Shown here piece after piece: positions 30,955 to 42,925 of a stretch of 64,000 bases of DNA (position 1 is the first letter of the stretch; every line of letters starts with the position of its first letter). Below the pieces are notes generated by a model. The model saw only the letters and a list, made by a program, of their open reading frames with translations, was not told where the DNA came from and did no database searches. Source of the stretch: an uncultured Bacteroidota bacterium (lineage in GTDB: Bacteria; Bacteroidota; Bacteroidia; Chitinophagales; Chitinophagaceae); assembly GCA_963806275.1 (NCBI GenBank), contig CAWDXH010000003.1:81703-145702 (forward strand). The letters run 5' to 3'. Made by a program: the position numbers and the translations under genes.

Positions 30955-33622
30955 TCATAATTTCGCCATATTAGCCAGCACCGTTTCTAAATGGATGCCT
31001 TTATCTAAAACGGGCTTAAATAATTTATCTCTTTCGCTGACCTGTTTTACTGCATTGTAAATAGTAAAGTCCTTCATGTTTAATCCGGGTTTTACTTCCT
31101 CCCATGCAAGTGGCATGGAAACAGTAGCTCCTGGTTTTGGCCGCAATGAATACGGAGCAGCAATGGTTTGAATGGCCCTGTTTTGCAAATAATCAAGATA
31201 TATTTTTCCTTTACGTTTTGCGGGGCTGCGCTCCAGGCTGGTAAATTTTTCTAATTGATGATGTGCCAGGGTAACCACCAGCTGCGCCAATACTTTCGAT
31301 TGTTCATAATCGTATTTGGCTCCCAGGGGTATATAAATATGGATTCCTGTTGATCCCGATGTTTTGGGATAACAAGGAACGTCTACAGATTTCAAAATTT
31401 GATGAACAACATTTGCCGCTTCAATTACCTGGTCAAATGAATTGGTATCCGGATCTAAATCTATCACGCACCAATCTGGTTTATCCGGCGATTGCACACG
31501 GCTATGCCAGGGATTCATTTCAATACATCCGAGGTTAGCCATATATAATAAGTGAGCTTCATCAGCACATACAAGAAATTTTTTTTCACCTGCTTTGGTT
31601 GTGTTTTCATAATCATGAGTCTGAATCCAGGAAGGAAATTTGCCGGCAATATTTTTTTGATAAAAGCTTTCTCCTTTAATTCCGTTGGGATAGCGATTAA
31701 GCGATTGCGGTCTGTCTTTCAGGTAAGGAAGCATATACGGAGCCACCTGGTAATAATAATTGATCATGTCTCCTTTGCTGATCTTTTCCCCGGGCCAGTA
31801 TATTTTTTGAAGATTGGTAAACGTAAGCTCTTTACCATTTAATTTTTTTACTTGTTGTTTTTCTGATGGGTTCAATAAAGTTTTAAACTCTTTTTGATTT
31901 CCCCGATTAATAATTTTTTCCTTATGAAGTATGGATTGACCTGGTTCTATAATGGCTTTTACTTTTTGCGGTTTTTCGGCTTTTACATCCTTCGCCTTTT
32001 TATCTTCCCTCATTCCTTCAAAAGAAGGATGACGCATAACACCATCGCTTGTCATTTCGGTATAGGAAACTTCACAGACCAATTCAGGCTTTAACCAGGT
32101 TACAGAGGCTTTCGGCGGGTTGGGCCTGAAACGGGAAGGTTTATTTACATCAGGTTCCGTTTCAAAAGGATTCGTTTTTCTCACCAGCTTTTTAAATTTC
32201 TGCAACATTTCTTTCTGGAGCTTATCTGAAAACCCGGTGCCTATTTTACCCGTATACCTGAGTTTACCTGATCCATAAACGCCCACTAATAAGAACTGAA
32301 GGTTTTTGAACTCCCCTCATTTTGTGTATAGCCGCCAATAACCACTTCGTGCCGTTGCGCTATTTTAATTTTCAACCATTCTTTGGTTCTGATACCCGGT
32401 GAATACAAAGAGTCTGCTTTTTTTGCCATGATGCCTTCCAGCTTCATGCTTTTTGCTACTTCAAAAAAATCAGTACCTGTAGAATCAAATACCTGGCTAA
32501 TATGGATAGTGGTATGTTCAGGAATTATTTCCATTAATTTTTCTCTTCTCCTTAATAGCGGTAAATCCATCAGAGAAAATCCATTCAACCATAGCACATC
32601 AAACACATAAAATTTTAATGTTCCGTCAGTTTCGCTGCGCCAGTTTTGTAAGTGGCCGAAATTGGAAATTCCGTCCTCACCTGCCACGATTATTTCGCCA
32701 TCCAGCACGGCATTAATATTTAAATCCTGCAATGCTTTTTGCACCGGGTAAAATTTTTCATTAAATGATTTATTGTTCCTGCTGCTTAGCTTCACCTTCC
32801 CTTTATTTAAATAAGCCAGTGCACGATATCCATCCCATTTTACTTCATATACCCAGCCTTCGGCATCGAAAGGTTTATCAACAAGCGTGGCCAGCATAGG
32901 GGTAAGGTTTGTTGGAAATTTTTGCTTTTTACCCTCTGCATTCACTACAGTTTTCTTTTTCCCATTCTTTATGACGGTATTTCCCTTTATTGATTTTTTT
33001 TGTGGCTCCGTATTTTTACTATTCTTCCCATAAATTCGTTCCGGCGATTTCTCCACTTGTTTAATGGTTTTGCCCGAAACCACGGATTTAGTCTTTTTTG
33101 TTATATCACGTTGTTTTTGCATACTTATCTTTCACCTTCATCAGCAACCAGGAATTTTCTCCCTGGTAGGATGATTTCACCAGCGCATAATCCCCCTTTA
33201 ATTTTTGTCCATATAATGTAACAACCAGCTTGCCCTTTTTAAGTTGCTGCAACAGGCTTTTTCCCATTTCTTTTTTGCTTTCGGTATTTCCATCCGCATA
33301 TAGAATAAGTGCCTTCATCCCAAACAATAACTGTACCTCCCCCGTATTGTCCTTTAGGAATGATGCCTTCAAATGTGCGATAATCATAAGGATGATCTTC
33401 AACCATCATAGCGAGTCTTTTGACTGAGGGATCAGTTGATGGGCCTTTAGGTACGGCCCAGCTTTTCAGAACACCGTCCATTTCCAGGCGAAAATCATAA
33501 TGCAAATGAGAAGCGTCGTGCTTTTGTATAACGAACCTAAGGTCATTACCCGAGGCCTTACCGCCAACCGGCTCCGGTGTTTTTGTAAAACTTCTTTTTT
33601 TCTTATAGGTGGCTAAACCCAT
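30955..33622 (-). CDS. ligD: DNA ligase D (phosphoesterase, ATP-dependent ligase and primase-polymerase domains); indels near 33300, 33110 and 32285
   Basis: PE: [37 protein letters not shown]; ligase: [26 protein letters not shown]; polymerase: [35 protein letters not shown]. Confidence 0.95.
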
Positions 33623-33651
33623 GGCATCATTTTTAATTATCTATAAATATT

Positions 33652-34197
33652 ATGGCAACAGCATATACTTACAAAAAGAAGGCCGGGGCGAAAAACAAAA
33701 ATAATAACCAGAGTATGGACCTGGTAACCGTGGTAATTGAAACACCCCGGTATAGCGTAGGCAAATATTTTTTTGATGAAAGAGAAAATTGTTTTCGTTT
33801 GAAGAAATTACTTACACTGGGGATGACCTTTCCTTATGATTTTGGAATGGTAAAAAATACACTGGCCGAAGATGGGGATCCGGTAGATGCAATGGTTTTT
33901 ACTGAATGTACCACCTATCCCGGTGCAGAACTAAATTGCAGGGTCATTGGAGCGCTGCTTGCCAGGCAGACATCACCCGGACAAAAAACAATCCGGAATG
34001 ACCGCTATTTTTTTATTCCTGAATATTCCGCGGTTTATGAACATATTAAAACAATCGGAGATTTTTCCAAAAAGCATAACAGGCAACTGGCCGATTTTTT
34101 CGTTAATTATAATAAAGCTGATAATAAAAAATTTGAGCCCATTAAATATGTGCCTGCAACTGAAGCGTACACATCTTTGGGGAAACTATTGCACTAA
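33652..34197 (+). CDS. ppa: Soluble inorganic pyrophosphatase (family I)
   Basis: VVIETP....KY, FPYDFG...T..EDGDPVD and RNDR motifs. Confidence 0.8.
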   Translation: MATAYTYKKKAGAKNKNNNQSMDLVTVVIETPRYSVGKYFFDERENCFRLKKLLTLGMTFPYDFGMVKNTLAEDGDPVDAMVFTECTTYPGAELNCRVIGALLARQTSPGQKTIRNDRYFFIPEYSAVYEHIKTIGDFSKKHNRQLADFFVNYNKADNKKFEPIKYVPATEAYTSLGKLLH

Positions 34198-34242
34198 AAA
34201 TCATTCCCCGGTAGCAAACTCTTTTTCAATACAGAATAAATT

Positions 34243-34977
34243 TTAAAGGTTGTTTACATATTTTTCAAGCCATAAAGCATTTTCAATAGCTGCCGTAGTT
34301 GCCGTGTTATTAAAATAAATAAATGCCTTCTCCAGGGAACCATTTTTTCTCAGTTCGACCGCAACCCTTTTCAATTGGTCATCTTTATAAGCGGAATAAT
34401 AAAGTTTAGGTGCGCCATGAAACCGGTAATAGGCAATTTTATTGGTAACAATCGCCTTGCCGGGCAGAGCAGGATGACTAATACCACTAAAAACTATGTT
34501 TTCTTCTTTTAATCTTTGGTATACTTCCTCGCTCCACCAACTTTCATCCCGAAATTCGATGGTATTAAGAAATCCCTTTCGCATGCTACTGACCAGGAGG
34601 TCTAACCTTTCATTTGTACATTGAAACTTGGGTGGAAGCTGAAACAGCACAGCTCCCAATTTTTCTTTCAATCCTGATTCAGCAGTGGTATAAAAATCAT
34701 CGAGCAGGCGATCACAGTCTGCGAATTTTTTAAAATGTGTGATCAACCTGGGGGCTTTGACCGAAAATTGAAAGGATGAAGGGCTTTGCTTATACCAATT
34801 CTGCAAAAATTTCACCTGGGGAAACCTGTAAAAAGTTACATTCAATTCAAGCGTACTGAATTTTGAGCTATAATATTCGAACCATTCTTTCTGCGGAATA
34901 TCGGTGGGATAAAATACTCCCTTCCATTCACGATAATGAAAACCAGAACACCCAATATGCCATCGAATTTTCTTCAT
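34243..34977 (-). CDS. DUF72 domain-containing protein
   Basis: IGCSGF.Y..W...FYP, ELNVTFYR.P, FSVKAPR.ITH, LFQLPP, EFRD.SW, YYRFHG and YFNN motifs. Confidence 0.92.
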   Translation of the reverse strand: MKKIRWHIGCSGFHYREWKGVFYPTDIPQKEWFEYYSSKFSTLELNVTFYRFPQVKFLQNWYKQSPSSFQFSVKAPRLITHFKKFADCDRLLDDFYTTAESGLKEKLGAVLFQLPPKFQCTNERLDLLVSSMRKGFLNTIEFRDESWWSEEVYQRLKEENIVFSGISHPALPGKAIVTNKIAYYRFHGAPKLYYSAYKDDQLKRVAVELRKNGSLEKAFIYFNNTATTAAIENALWLEKYVNNL

Positions 34978-35048
34978 CTCCGAAAGAATTCAAAAATGTA
35001 TCCAATCCTGTATGGCCTGTCTTTTGTATTTTTTTCAATTTATACCCC

Positions 35049-35786
35049 ATGCCTGAAGGACCTTCCTTAATTATATTAAAAGACGCCCTGCAACCTTTCA
35101 TAGGAAAACAAATAAAAGCAGCAAGGGGAAATGCCTCAATTGATATGGACCTTTTTCCCCGAAAAAAAATATTGGATATCCGAACCTGGGGAAAGCACCT
35201 AATCATATCCTTTAATGATTTTTCTATCCGCATTCATTTTTTAATGTTTGGCACATACAGCTTTGATGAACAAACTAAACCAGACAGAAGCCTGCGGCTG
35301 GCACTGCAATCAGGAAAGAGGTCCGTTTATTTTTATACCTGCTCCGTAAAAATGTTGGAAAAGGATCCTGATCAACTCTATGATTGGGAATCGGATGTCA
35401 TGAGTGAACATTGGAGTGCTTCTAAGGCCAGGAAAAAATTGAAAAAGATGATGGGTTCGATGGTATGCGACGTCCTGCTTGATCAGGAAGTATTTTCAGG
35501 TGTCGGAAATATTATAAAAAATGAGGTGCTCTACCGGATCCATGTTCATCCGGAAAGCAGGATCAGTAAAATTCCCTCCCGAAAGCTCACCGCACTGATC
35601 AGGGAAGCCAGAAACTATTGCTTTGATTTTTTGAAATGGAAAAAAGATTTCGTGCTAAAGAAAAACTGGCTGGTGCATACCAAAAAAATTTGCGCCACAT
35701 GCAACGGGGCTATCAAAAAGAAATATTGCGGGGTAACCGACCGTCGCAGTTTCTTTTGCCCTAATTGTCAATTCTTATATAAATAA
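35049..35786 (+). CDS. Fpg/Nei family DNA glycosylase (endonuclease VIII-like)
   Basis: N-terminal MPEGP; WGKHL, IHFLMFG, LLDQ.VFSGVGNIIKNEVL (H2TH) and C-terminal CATC...CPNCQ zinc finger. Confidence 0.92.
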   Translation: MPEGPSLIILKDALQPFIGKQIKAARGNASIDMDLFPRKKILDIRTWGKHLIISFNDFSIRIHFLMFGTYSFDEQTKPDRSLRLALQSGKRSVYFYTCSVKMLEKDPDQLYDWESDVMSEHWSASKARKKLKKMMGSMVCDVLLDQEVFSGVGNIIKNEVLYRIHVHPESRISKIPSRKLTALIREARNYCFDFLKWKKDFVLKKNWLVHTKKICATCNGAIKKKYCGVTDRRSFFCPNCQFLYK

Positions 35787-36145
35787 GATCAGGATAGAGC
35801 GGTAAAAAAAATCTCTGCTTTGTTTGAATAAATCTCTTCTACATATTTCGAAAAAAAATAAAGCATGAGAATAAATAATATACTCGTTACATAAAAAACT
35901 GCCGGAATATTTACTTATTTGTTTATAACATTAGTTTTATCACATCCCGCCATGGATAAGGCTTTGCGCTAATGAAACAAGTTGTTGCTTAATTACAGAT
36001 GTTGTTTCAAAGTCCTGTTTTAAAAAATTAATTGGCAGGATGCAGGGGAAAATCTTCCTCTGTTTTTACAAAATGTATTCACGCATTGTTGATTTTGTTC
36101 TTAAAAATTGATGGCATAATAATCGTAAGATTTTTTTGAGCAAAT

Positions 36146-36256
36146 ATGAAAAACCATCGGCAGGACTATTACCGGAAACCTTGTCCAGGTTATAGTAAAA
36201 TGGATTTACAGATAAAAAGGAATACAAGTTCAGTAAAAAGTAATCAGAAGAGTTAA
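36146..36256 (+). CDS. Possible 36-aa leader ORF
   Basis: MKNHRQDYYRKPCPGYSKMDLQIKRNTSSVKSNQKS*, between the TGGCAT-N5-TCGTA element (36112) and the glycosyltransferase. Confidence 0.25.
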   Translation: MKNHRQDYYRKPCPGYSKMDLQIKRNTSSVKSNQKS

Positions 36257-36273
36257 TACTATAATCTTAAAGT

Positions 36274-37418
36274 ATGGATATAATTTGCTTTTGCCATTTG
36301 CGCTGGAATTTTGTGTACCAGCGTCCGCAACATCTGATGACCCGCTTTTCTCAAAAATTCAGAGTGTTTATTATAGAAGAACCCATTATGGATTCAACGG
36401 AAAAAAACCGGCTGGAAATATATGATGGTGCGGATAATTTGTGGGTGATAACCCCTCACCTTACAGATGGCCTTTCAGAAAAAGAAATAATTGCTAAGCA
36501 ACAATTTCTGCTACAAGAGTGGGTTAAATCCAGGGATATTCAACATTTCATTTTATGGTATTATACCCCAATGGCCATTCCATTGGGAGAATCGTTGCCC
36601 CGTCCTGACCTAACGATCTATGATTGCATGGATGAATTATCCGCTTTTAAAGATGCGCCTCCGGCTATCCGTGAATATGAACAGCTGCTTTTTAAAAAAG
36701 CAGACCTGGTTTTTACCGGCGGCTATCATTTATATGAAGTAAAGAAAGATTTACATCCGCATGTTTATCCTTTCCCGAGCAGTATAGATAAAAAACATTT
36801 TTCGCAAGCCCGCACCATCATTGATGAACCCCAGGATCAATTATCCATTCCTCATCCCCGCATCGGTTTTTTTGGTGTAATAGATGAGCGACTTGATATT
36901 GACCTTATCCGACAGCTTTCAACATTGCAAGCCCGACTGGCATTTTGTTTTAATCGGCCCTGTAGTGAAAATTGATCCGGCAAGTTTACCTGCAGCACCC
37001 AATATTCATTATACCGGCAGCAGGCCTTATCAGCAACTTCCGGCATATTTATCATCCTGGGATGTAGCCCTGATACCGTTTGCTCTTAATGAATCTACGC
37101 AGTTTATCAGCCCAACCAAAACCCCTGAATACCTTGCCGGTGGAATACCGGTGGTCTCTGCTCCCATCCGCGATGTAGTAAAACCATATGGAGAAATGAA
37201 TCTCGTTTATATAGCTGATATCGGCAAAAACCTTTATCCAGGGAATAGAATGGGGATTGGAAATAAAAAAAGATCCTGGCTGGTTGAAATCAGTTGATGA
37301 TTTTTTAGTTGATAATTCCTGGGATATAACCTGGTTAAAAATGATGCTCATCATTCAAAAAAAATTGTATCGCGAATTTCCTGACCCTTTAACTAAAATA
37401 GAAAATGAATACGTTTGA
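36274..37418 (+). CDS. GT-B glycosyltransferase (GT4-like) associated with glf; indels near 36930 and 37230-37270
   Basis: HLRWNFVYQRPQHLM, WYYTPMA, YDCMDELSAF, ADLVFTGG, GFFGVIDER and ISPTKTPEYLAGG.PVVS motifs. Confidence 0.88.
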
Positions 37419-38555
37419 TTACTTAATTGTAGGAGCCGGCTTTGCCGGCTCCGTATTAGCGGAACGCCTGGCCAGTGTGGCAGGAAAAAAGATATTACTT
37501 GTTGATAAAAGAAATCATATCGGCGGTAATACTTACGATTATTACAATACAGAAGGAATACTGATACATAAATACGGGCCACATATCTTTCACACAAACA
37601 GCAAAGAGATATATGAATACCTGGGGCGGTTTACCGCCTGGAGACCTTATGAACACCGGGTGCTGGCCAGTGTAGACGGCATGCTGGTTCCTATTCCGAT
37701 AAACCTGAATACCATCAACATGCTGTACGGTCTTCAGTTATCAACGAATGATGTGGAAGAATTTCTTCGTTCTAAATCAGAACAGAAAACCCGGATCCTT
37801 ACCTCTGAAGATGTAGTGGTGAATAAAGTGGGTCGGGAGTTGTATGAAAAATTTTTCAAAGGCTATACAAAAAAGCAATGGGACCTTGATCCATCTGAAC
37901 TTGATGCTTCTGTAACGGCCCGCATACCTACCCGCAATAACCGGGACGACCGGTACTTTACCGATACCTACCAGGGTATGCCGCTGCATGGCTATACCCG
38001 GATGTTTGAAAATATGTTATCGCATCCTAATATTAAGGTGATGCTGAATACCGATTACAAAGAAATCGAACACATCATTCCTTATAATGAAATGATCTAT
38101 ACAGGACCCATCGATTATTATTTTGATTATTGCTATGGCAAGCTGCCTTATCGCTCTATTGAATTTAAATTTGAAACCATAGAACTCAGAAGTATATCAG
38201 CCTACCGGAACCGTCAATTATCCCAATGAACATCCATACACAAGGGCAACTGAATTCAAATATCTCACCGGTCAGAAGCATCCAAAAACAACGGTGGTAT
38301 ATGAATATCCAAAAGCGGAAGGTGACCCCTATTACCCGGTACCCCGTGCAGAGAATACAGAGCTATACAAAAAATACCAGGAACTCGCAGGCGGTATTAA
38401 GCAAAGTGCATTTTACCGGTCGCCTCGCCACCTATAAATATTATAATATGGACCAGGTGGTAGCGCAGTCATTAAAACTATTCAAAAACATTATTTCCAA
38501 AACTGAATCTGAACAGCATATCAATGGACACAAAGTTCCTTTATTGCAAACCTGA
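37405..38555 (+). CDS. glf: UDP-galactopyranose mutase; indels near 38190 and 38390
   Basis: FDYLIVGAGFAG, R.HIGGN.YD, HKYGPHIFHTN, GYTKKQW, RYFTD.YQG.P..GYT, LPYRS and GRLATYKYYNMDQVV motifs. Confidence 0.95.
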
Positions 38556-40687
38556 AATCTGGGGCGGCATTGAGTGTACGATCAACCGGGTGAAAAATAA
38601 TTATCGCGATCAATTGCAGATGGCTGGTCATTATTCCCGGGAGGGAGATATAGAACGATTCGCTGAACTCGGAATCCGAAAATTAAGATACCCTGTTTTG
38701 TGGGAATATCACCAATCTGGTTCAGATAAAAAAGCATGACTGGCGGTCAACGGAACAAAGATTAAATCTTATTCGTAAAAATAAAATGACGTTATTGCCG
38801 GATTACTTCATCATGGAAGCGGACCGCATTTACCAGCTTAGATGATAAAAATTTTGCTCAAAAGCTGGCAAACTATGCAAGGCAGGTGTGCTGAAAAATT
38901 TCCCTGGATAAAATATTATACCCCGGTTAATGAACCGTTAACAACAGCCCGCTTCAGCGGACTTTATGGTTTATGGTATCCGCATCATGAAAAATGAATT
39001 GAGTTTTATGCACATGCTGCTCAACCAGGTTAAAGGAACGGTGCTTTCGATGCAGGCTATCCGGAAAATAAATCCTGCCGCCAACTGATTCAAACCGAAG
39101 ATCTTGCTAAAACACATAGCACTCCATTACTATCTTACCAGGCGCATTTTGAAAATGAACGGCGGTGGCTTAACCTATGACCTGTTGTGCGGAAAGTGAA
39201 TAAGGATCATTTCTTCTGGAATTACCTGATTGCATTGGGAATTGCGGAAAAAGAATTGCAATTCTTCCTTGATAATCCTTGTCCTCCTGCGATTATGGGC
39301 TTCAATTACTATGTAACTTCTGAAAGATATCTTAGATGAAAATTTAGATAACTATGCTTCCTTCACACATGGAGGGAATGGCAGACATGCATATGCAGAT
39401 ACCGAAGCAGTAAGAGCAGAAAAAAGCCAGGGCATTGCCTTTTTACTAATGGAAGCATGGCAGCGATATAACATTCCTCTCGCGATTACGGAATGTCACC
39501 TTAGCTGTACCCGGGAGGAACAAATGAGATGGCTTAAAGAAATATGGGATACCTGTTGCTATTTAAACAAAGAGGAACAGGTCAATATACAGGCGGTTAC
39601 CGCCTGGTCCTTACTTGGTGCTTTTGACTGGAATAGTTTGCTAACAGCCGACCAATCATTATTATGAACCAGGCGTGTTTGATATTAGTAACCAGGAGCT
39701 CCGTCCGACGGCACTAAGAAAAATGATCCGGTCACTGGCAGCTAATGGCGATTATGATCATCCTGTATTCGCTGAAAAAGGTTGGTGGCATTCAAAAAAT
39801 AATATGAACGAATAATTACGATGATTTATCGCAGGCAAAATCATTCCGTCCTTTGCTGATCACTAGGTAAAACGGGTACACTCGGGCATGCATTCGAACA
39901 AATTTGCAAGCAAAGAAAAATTCCATTTATAGCCTTAGGGCGGCAGGATGTAGATATTTCAATTGAAGAAAGTTTAAGGGCTGTTATTGAACAATATAAG
40001 CCCTGGGCCATTATTAATGCCACAGGGTATGTACGGGTAGATGAAGCCGAAGCGAATCCCGATGAATGTTTTTTCATCAATGCAACAGCCCCCGCATGAT
40101 AGCCCGGTTATGTGATCAAAACGGTATTACGTTTATGAGTTTTTCCTCTGACCTGGTTTTTGACGGACAAAAAAGATCACCGTATTATGAAGGCGACCCG
40201 GTATTGCCTTTAAATACGTATGGCTATAGTAAAGTCAGAAGGAGAAAAATTAATTTTAACAGAAAACAGCGATGCACTCATCATACGTACCAGCGCTTTT
40301 TTTGGCCCCTGGGATAAATACAATTTTGTGTTACGACTGTTCTGGATGCCCTACAAACAAACAAAATCCTTTCCTGGTTCCAGATGATGTAATTATTTCG
40401 CCAACCTATGTTCCTGATCTCTGTCATTCCGCTTTGAATCTTTTGATTGATGAAGAAAAGGTATCTGGCATATCACCAATGACGGCATCATCAGTTGGGC
40501 AGGATTTGGCGAAATTATTGCTGAACGAAGCGGAGATAAAAAAAGTAAATTGATAGCCATGCACCTGGATGAAATGGGTTGGACAGCCAGACGGCCCAAG
40601 TATAGCGTATTACAAAGTGATAAGGGAATCCAGTTGCCACCGCTCGATAATGCCCTTGACCGGTATTTTGAAAACAGAACGGCATAA
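38524..40687 (+). CDS. Fusion of a GH1-like glycoside hydrolase domain and an RfbD-like (dTDP-4-dehydrorhamnose reductase) domain; many indels
   Basis: WGGIECTINRV, LRYPVLWE, YTPVNEPLTTARFSGLYG.WYPH, AITECH and VTAWSLLGAFDW, then KTGTLGHAF, INATGYVRVDEAE, SSDLVFDG, YGYSK and SPTYVPDL, ending LPPLDNALDRYFENRTA*. Confidence 0.78.
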
Positions 40688-40697
40688 ACAAAAACCA

Positions 40698-41909
40698 ATG
40701 GCAGGAAATAAATTCATGTTTGCAACAGGTATAGAAAATAGTTATCCTACCATCCTGTTGCCAAATGGAAAAACCAAACGGGTTGATGAAATGGAAAAAA
40801 CAGATCACTATAACAGGTGGCAGGAAGATTTTCGGACTCGTTAAAGAATCCGGCATTGAATTTCTCCGCTACGGACCTCCTTATTATAAAACCCACCTTG
40901 GGACCAGGAAAATATGACTGGTCTTTTGCTGATGAAACTTTTCAAAAGTTGAAGGAACTTGCATATTACTCCTATCGTAGACCTTTGTCATTTTGGAGTA
41001 CCGGACTGGCTGGGAAATTTTCAGAATCCGGATTTTCCTGAATATTTTGCTGAATATGCAAAGGCATTTGCCCGACGGTTTCCGGACCTGCAATTATATA
41101 CACCCATCAACGAAATTTTTATCACGGCTATGTTTTCTGCTCAATATGGATGGTGGAATGAACGATTACAATCAGACAGAGCATTTGTTACTGCCCTAAA
41201 ACATCTTTGCAAAGCCAATGTAAAGGCGATGAATAATATCCTGCCGGTTCAACCGGAAGCTACTTTTATCCAAAGTGAATCATCGGAATATTTTCATGCG
41301 ATGGATCCGGAAGCTGTTCCACTGGCCAGGTTTCTGAATCAAAAACGGTTTCTTTCTCTGGACCTTACATATGGTTATCCGCTGAATGTAACGATGTATG
41401 AATATTTACTAAAGAATGGAATGACAAAGCATGAATACAGTTGGTTTGCAAAAAACCAGGTAAAGGCAAAATGTATAATGGGAAATGATTATTATGTAAC
41501 CAATGAACACCTTGTATTTCCGGATGGGCATACCCAGGCTGCCGGGGAAATTTTTGGATACTATGTGATTACCAGTCAATATTATAAAAGGTACAAGTTA
41601 CCCATCATGCATACGGAAACTAATATAAAAATGCCGGCCTGCAAGGAATGGTTGCTAAAGCAATGGGCCAATGTGCACCGGCTGAAACATGATGGCATTC
41701 CCATTATTGGTTTTACCTGGTATAGCTTATTGCACCAGGTGGATTGGGATTCCGCATTGCGAAATGATGCCGGCAATATTAATGAATTGGGACTTTATGA
41801 TCTTGACCGCAAAATAATGCCTGTGGGTGAAGCTTATAAAAAACTGATCAATAACTGGAAGGATATATTAAATGAAGAAAGTTTCGGATTAATATTCGAC
41901 AACTGGTAA
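40698..41909 (+). CDS. GH1-like (clan GH-A) glycoside hydrolase; indels near 40840-40960
   Basis: MAGNKFMFATGIENSYP start; DLCHFGVPDW, YTPINE (acid/base), GNDYY, MHTETN (nucleophile) and GFTWYSL..QVDWD motifs. Confidence 0.82.
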
Positions 41910-41912
41910 ATC

Positions 41913-42119
41913 TTAGCGGGTAAAAAGTTTTTCTTCTTTAATGATATCGGCTGTGAACAAAGAAAAAAGTTCCACAGCGCATATACCATCACTTTTTTCA
42001 CCGAACCTATCTATCATATTTTCAGGCGGACGTTCTGTAAATGGAAGAACTTCAACTACCCTTATTCTTTTTTCGTATAGCAAAGTTGATTTGGCTCTCA
42101 TCGTTGTTTTTTTCATCAT
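41913..42119 (-). CDS. Hypothetical small protein
   Basis: 68-aa ORF preceded by a GGGCAT-N5-TTGGA element at 42141-42156. Confidence 0.45.
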   Translation of the reverse strand: MMKKTTMRAKSTLLYEKRIRVVEVLPFTERPPENMIDRFGEKSDGICAVELFSLFTADIIKEEKLFTR

Positions 42120-42258
42120 AAGTTGATTTCAAATTAATCATCCAATTTTTATGCCCAAGATTGTTTCGGCAAACATTCAACACTCCGGGCTTTATTAATG
42201 CTAAGAGCATTCCAAGGGAGGAAGTAAGTTTTTATTGTTATTTTCCAAATGATATGGA

Positions 42259-42642
42259 TCAGGCCGGGCTGCAATAATAATGCTTCTTCAGATGGATGAT
42301 CATATTATCGAGGGTGGCTTGTTTTTCCAGGCAACCCGTAATGCCAAGGTCTCGGGCTTTTTGCAGGGTAGCCCGGCAAATGTGATCCGAATATAAAAAA
42401 ACAGGGATGTCCTGCAACTCTTTCATCTTTTTTAATTGCTCTGTAAATTCAAGACCATTCATAACAGGCATATTATAATCAACAAAAATAGTTTCCGGCT
42501 TCAGATAAAAAAGCATTTTAAGGGCATGAATACCGTTTGAAGCATAAGTGCATTTACAGGATTTAATCACCTCCTGAAAGGCGCTTAAAAAAAACCTCAT
42601 TTGGTTTATATCATCATCTACTATTAATATATGCGTCTTCAT
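42259..42642 (-). CDS. Single-domain response regulator (CheY-like receiver)
   Basis: ILIVDDD, IFVDYNMPVMNGLEF, IPVFLYS and conserved Lys. Confidence 0.9.
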   Translation of the reverse strand: MKTHILIVDDDINQMRFFLSAFQEVIKSCKCTYASNGIHALKMLFYLKPETIFVDYNMPVMNGLEFTEQLKKMKELQDIPVFLYSDHICRATLQKARDLGITGCLEKQATLDNMIIHLKKHYYCSPA

Positions 42643-42925
42643 TTTTTATCTGTTTTTATTCTCAATATCTGAACCCGTGTTAAACCGCCTTTAATATTTC
42701 TATACTATATTTTATAAATAAAAACTTCAACTGCTACTTCTCCCGGGGATCAAGGATTAATGGTAACAGGGCTGACTGAAATTGAAAAGGACCCGGTAAA
42801 GGGAAGCAGGAGAATCACAGTTGAAGCTGTAATTTGTATTATCAAAAGCGGAGCTGCTTTCGTATATTAAACATATCAACTTCTATACCCAAAAAGATCC
42901 TGCTGATTTTTTTCCCAATCTTAAT

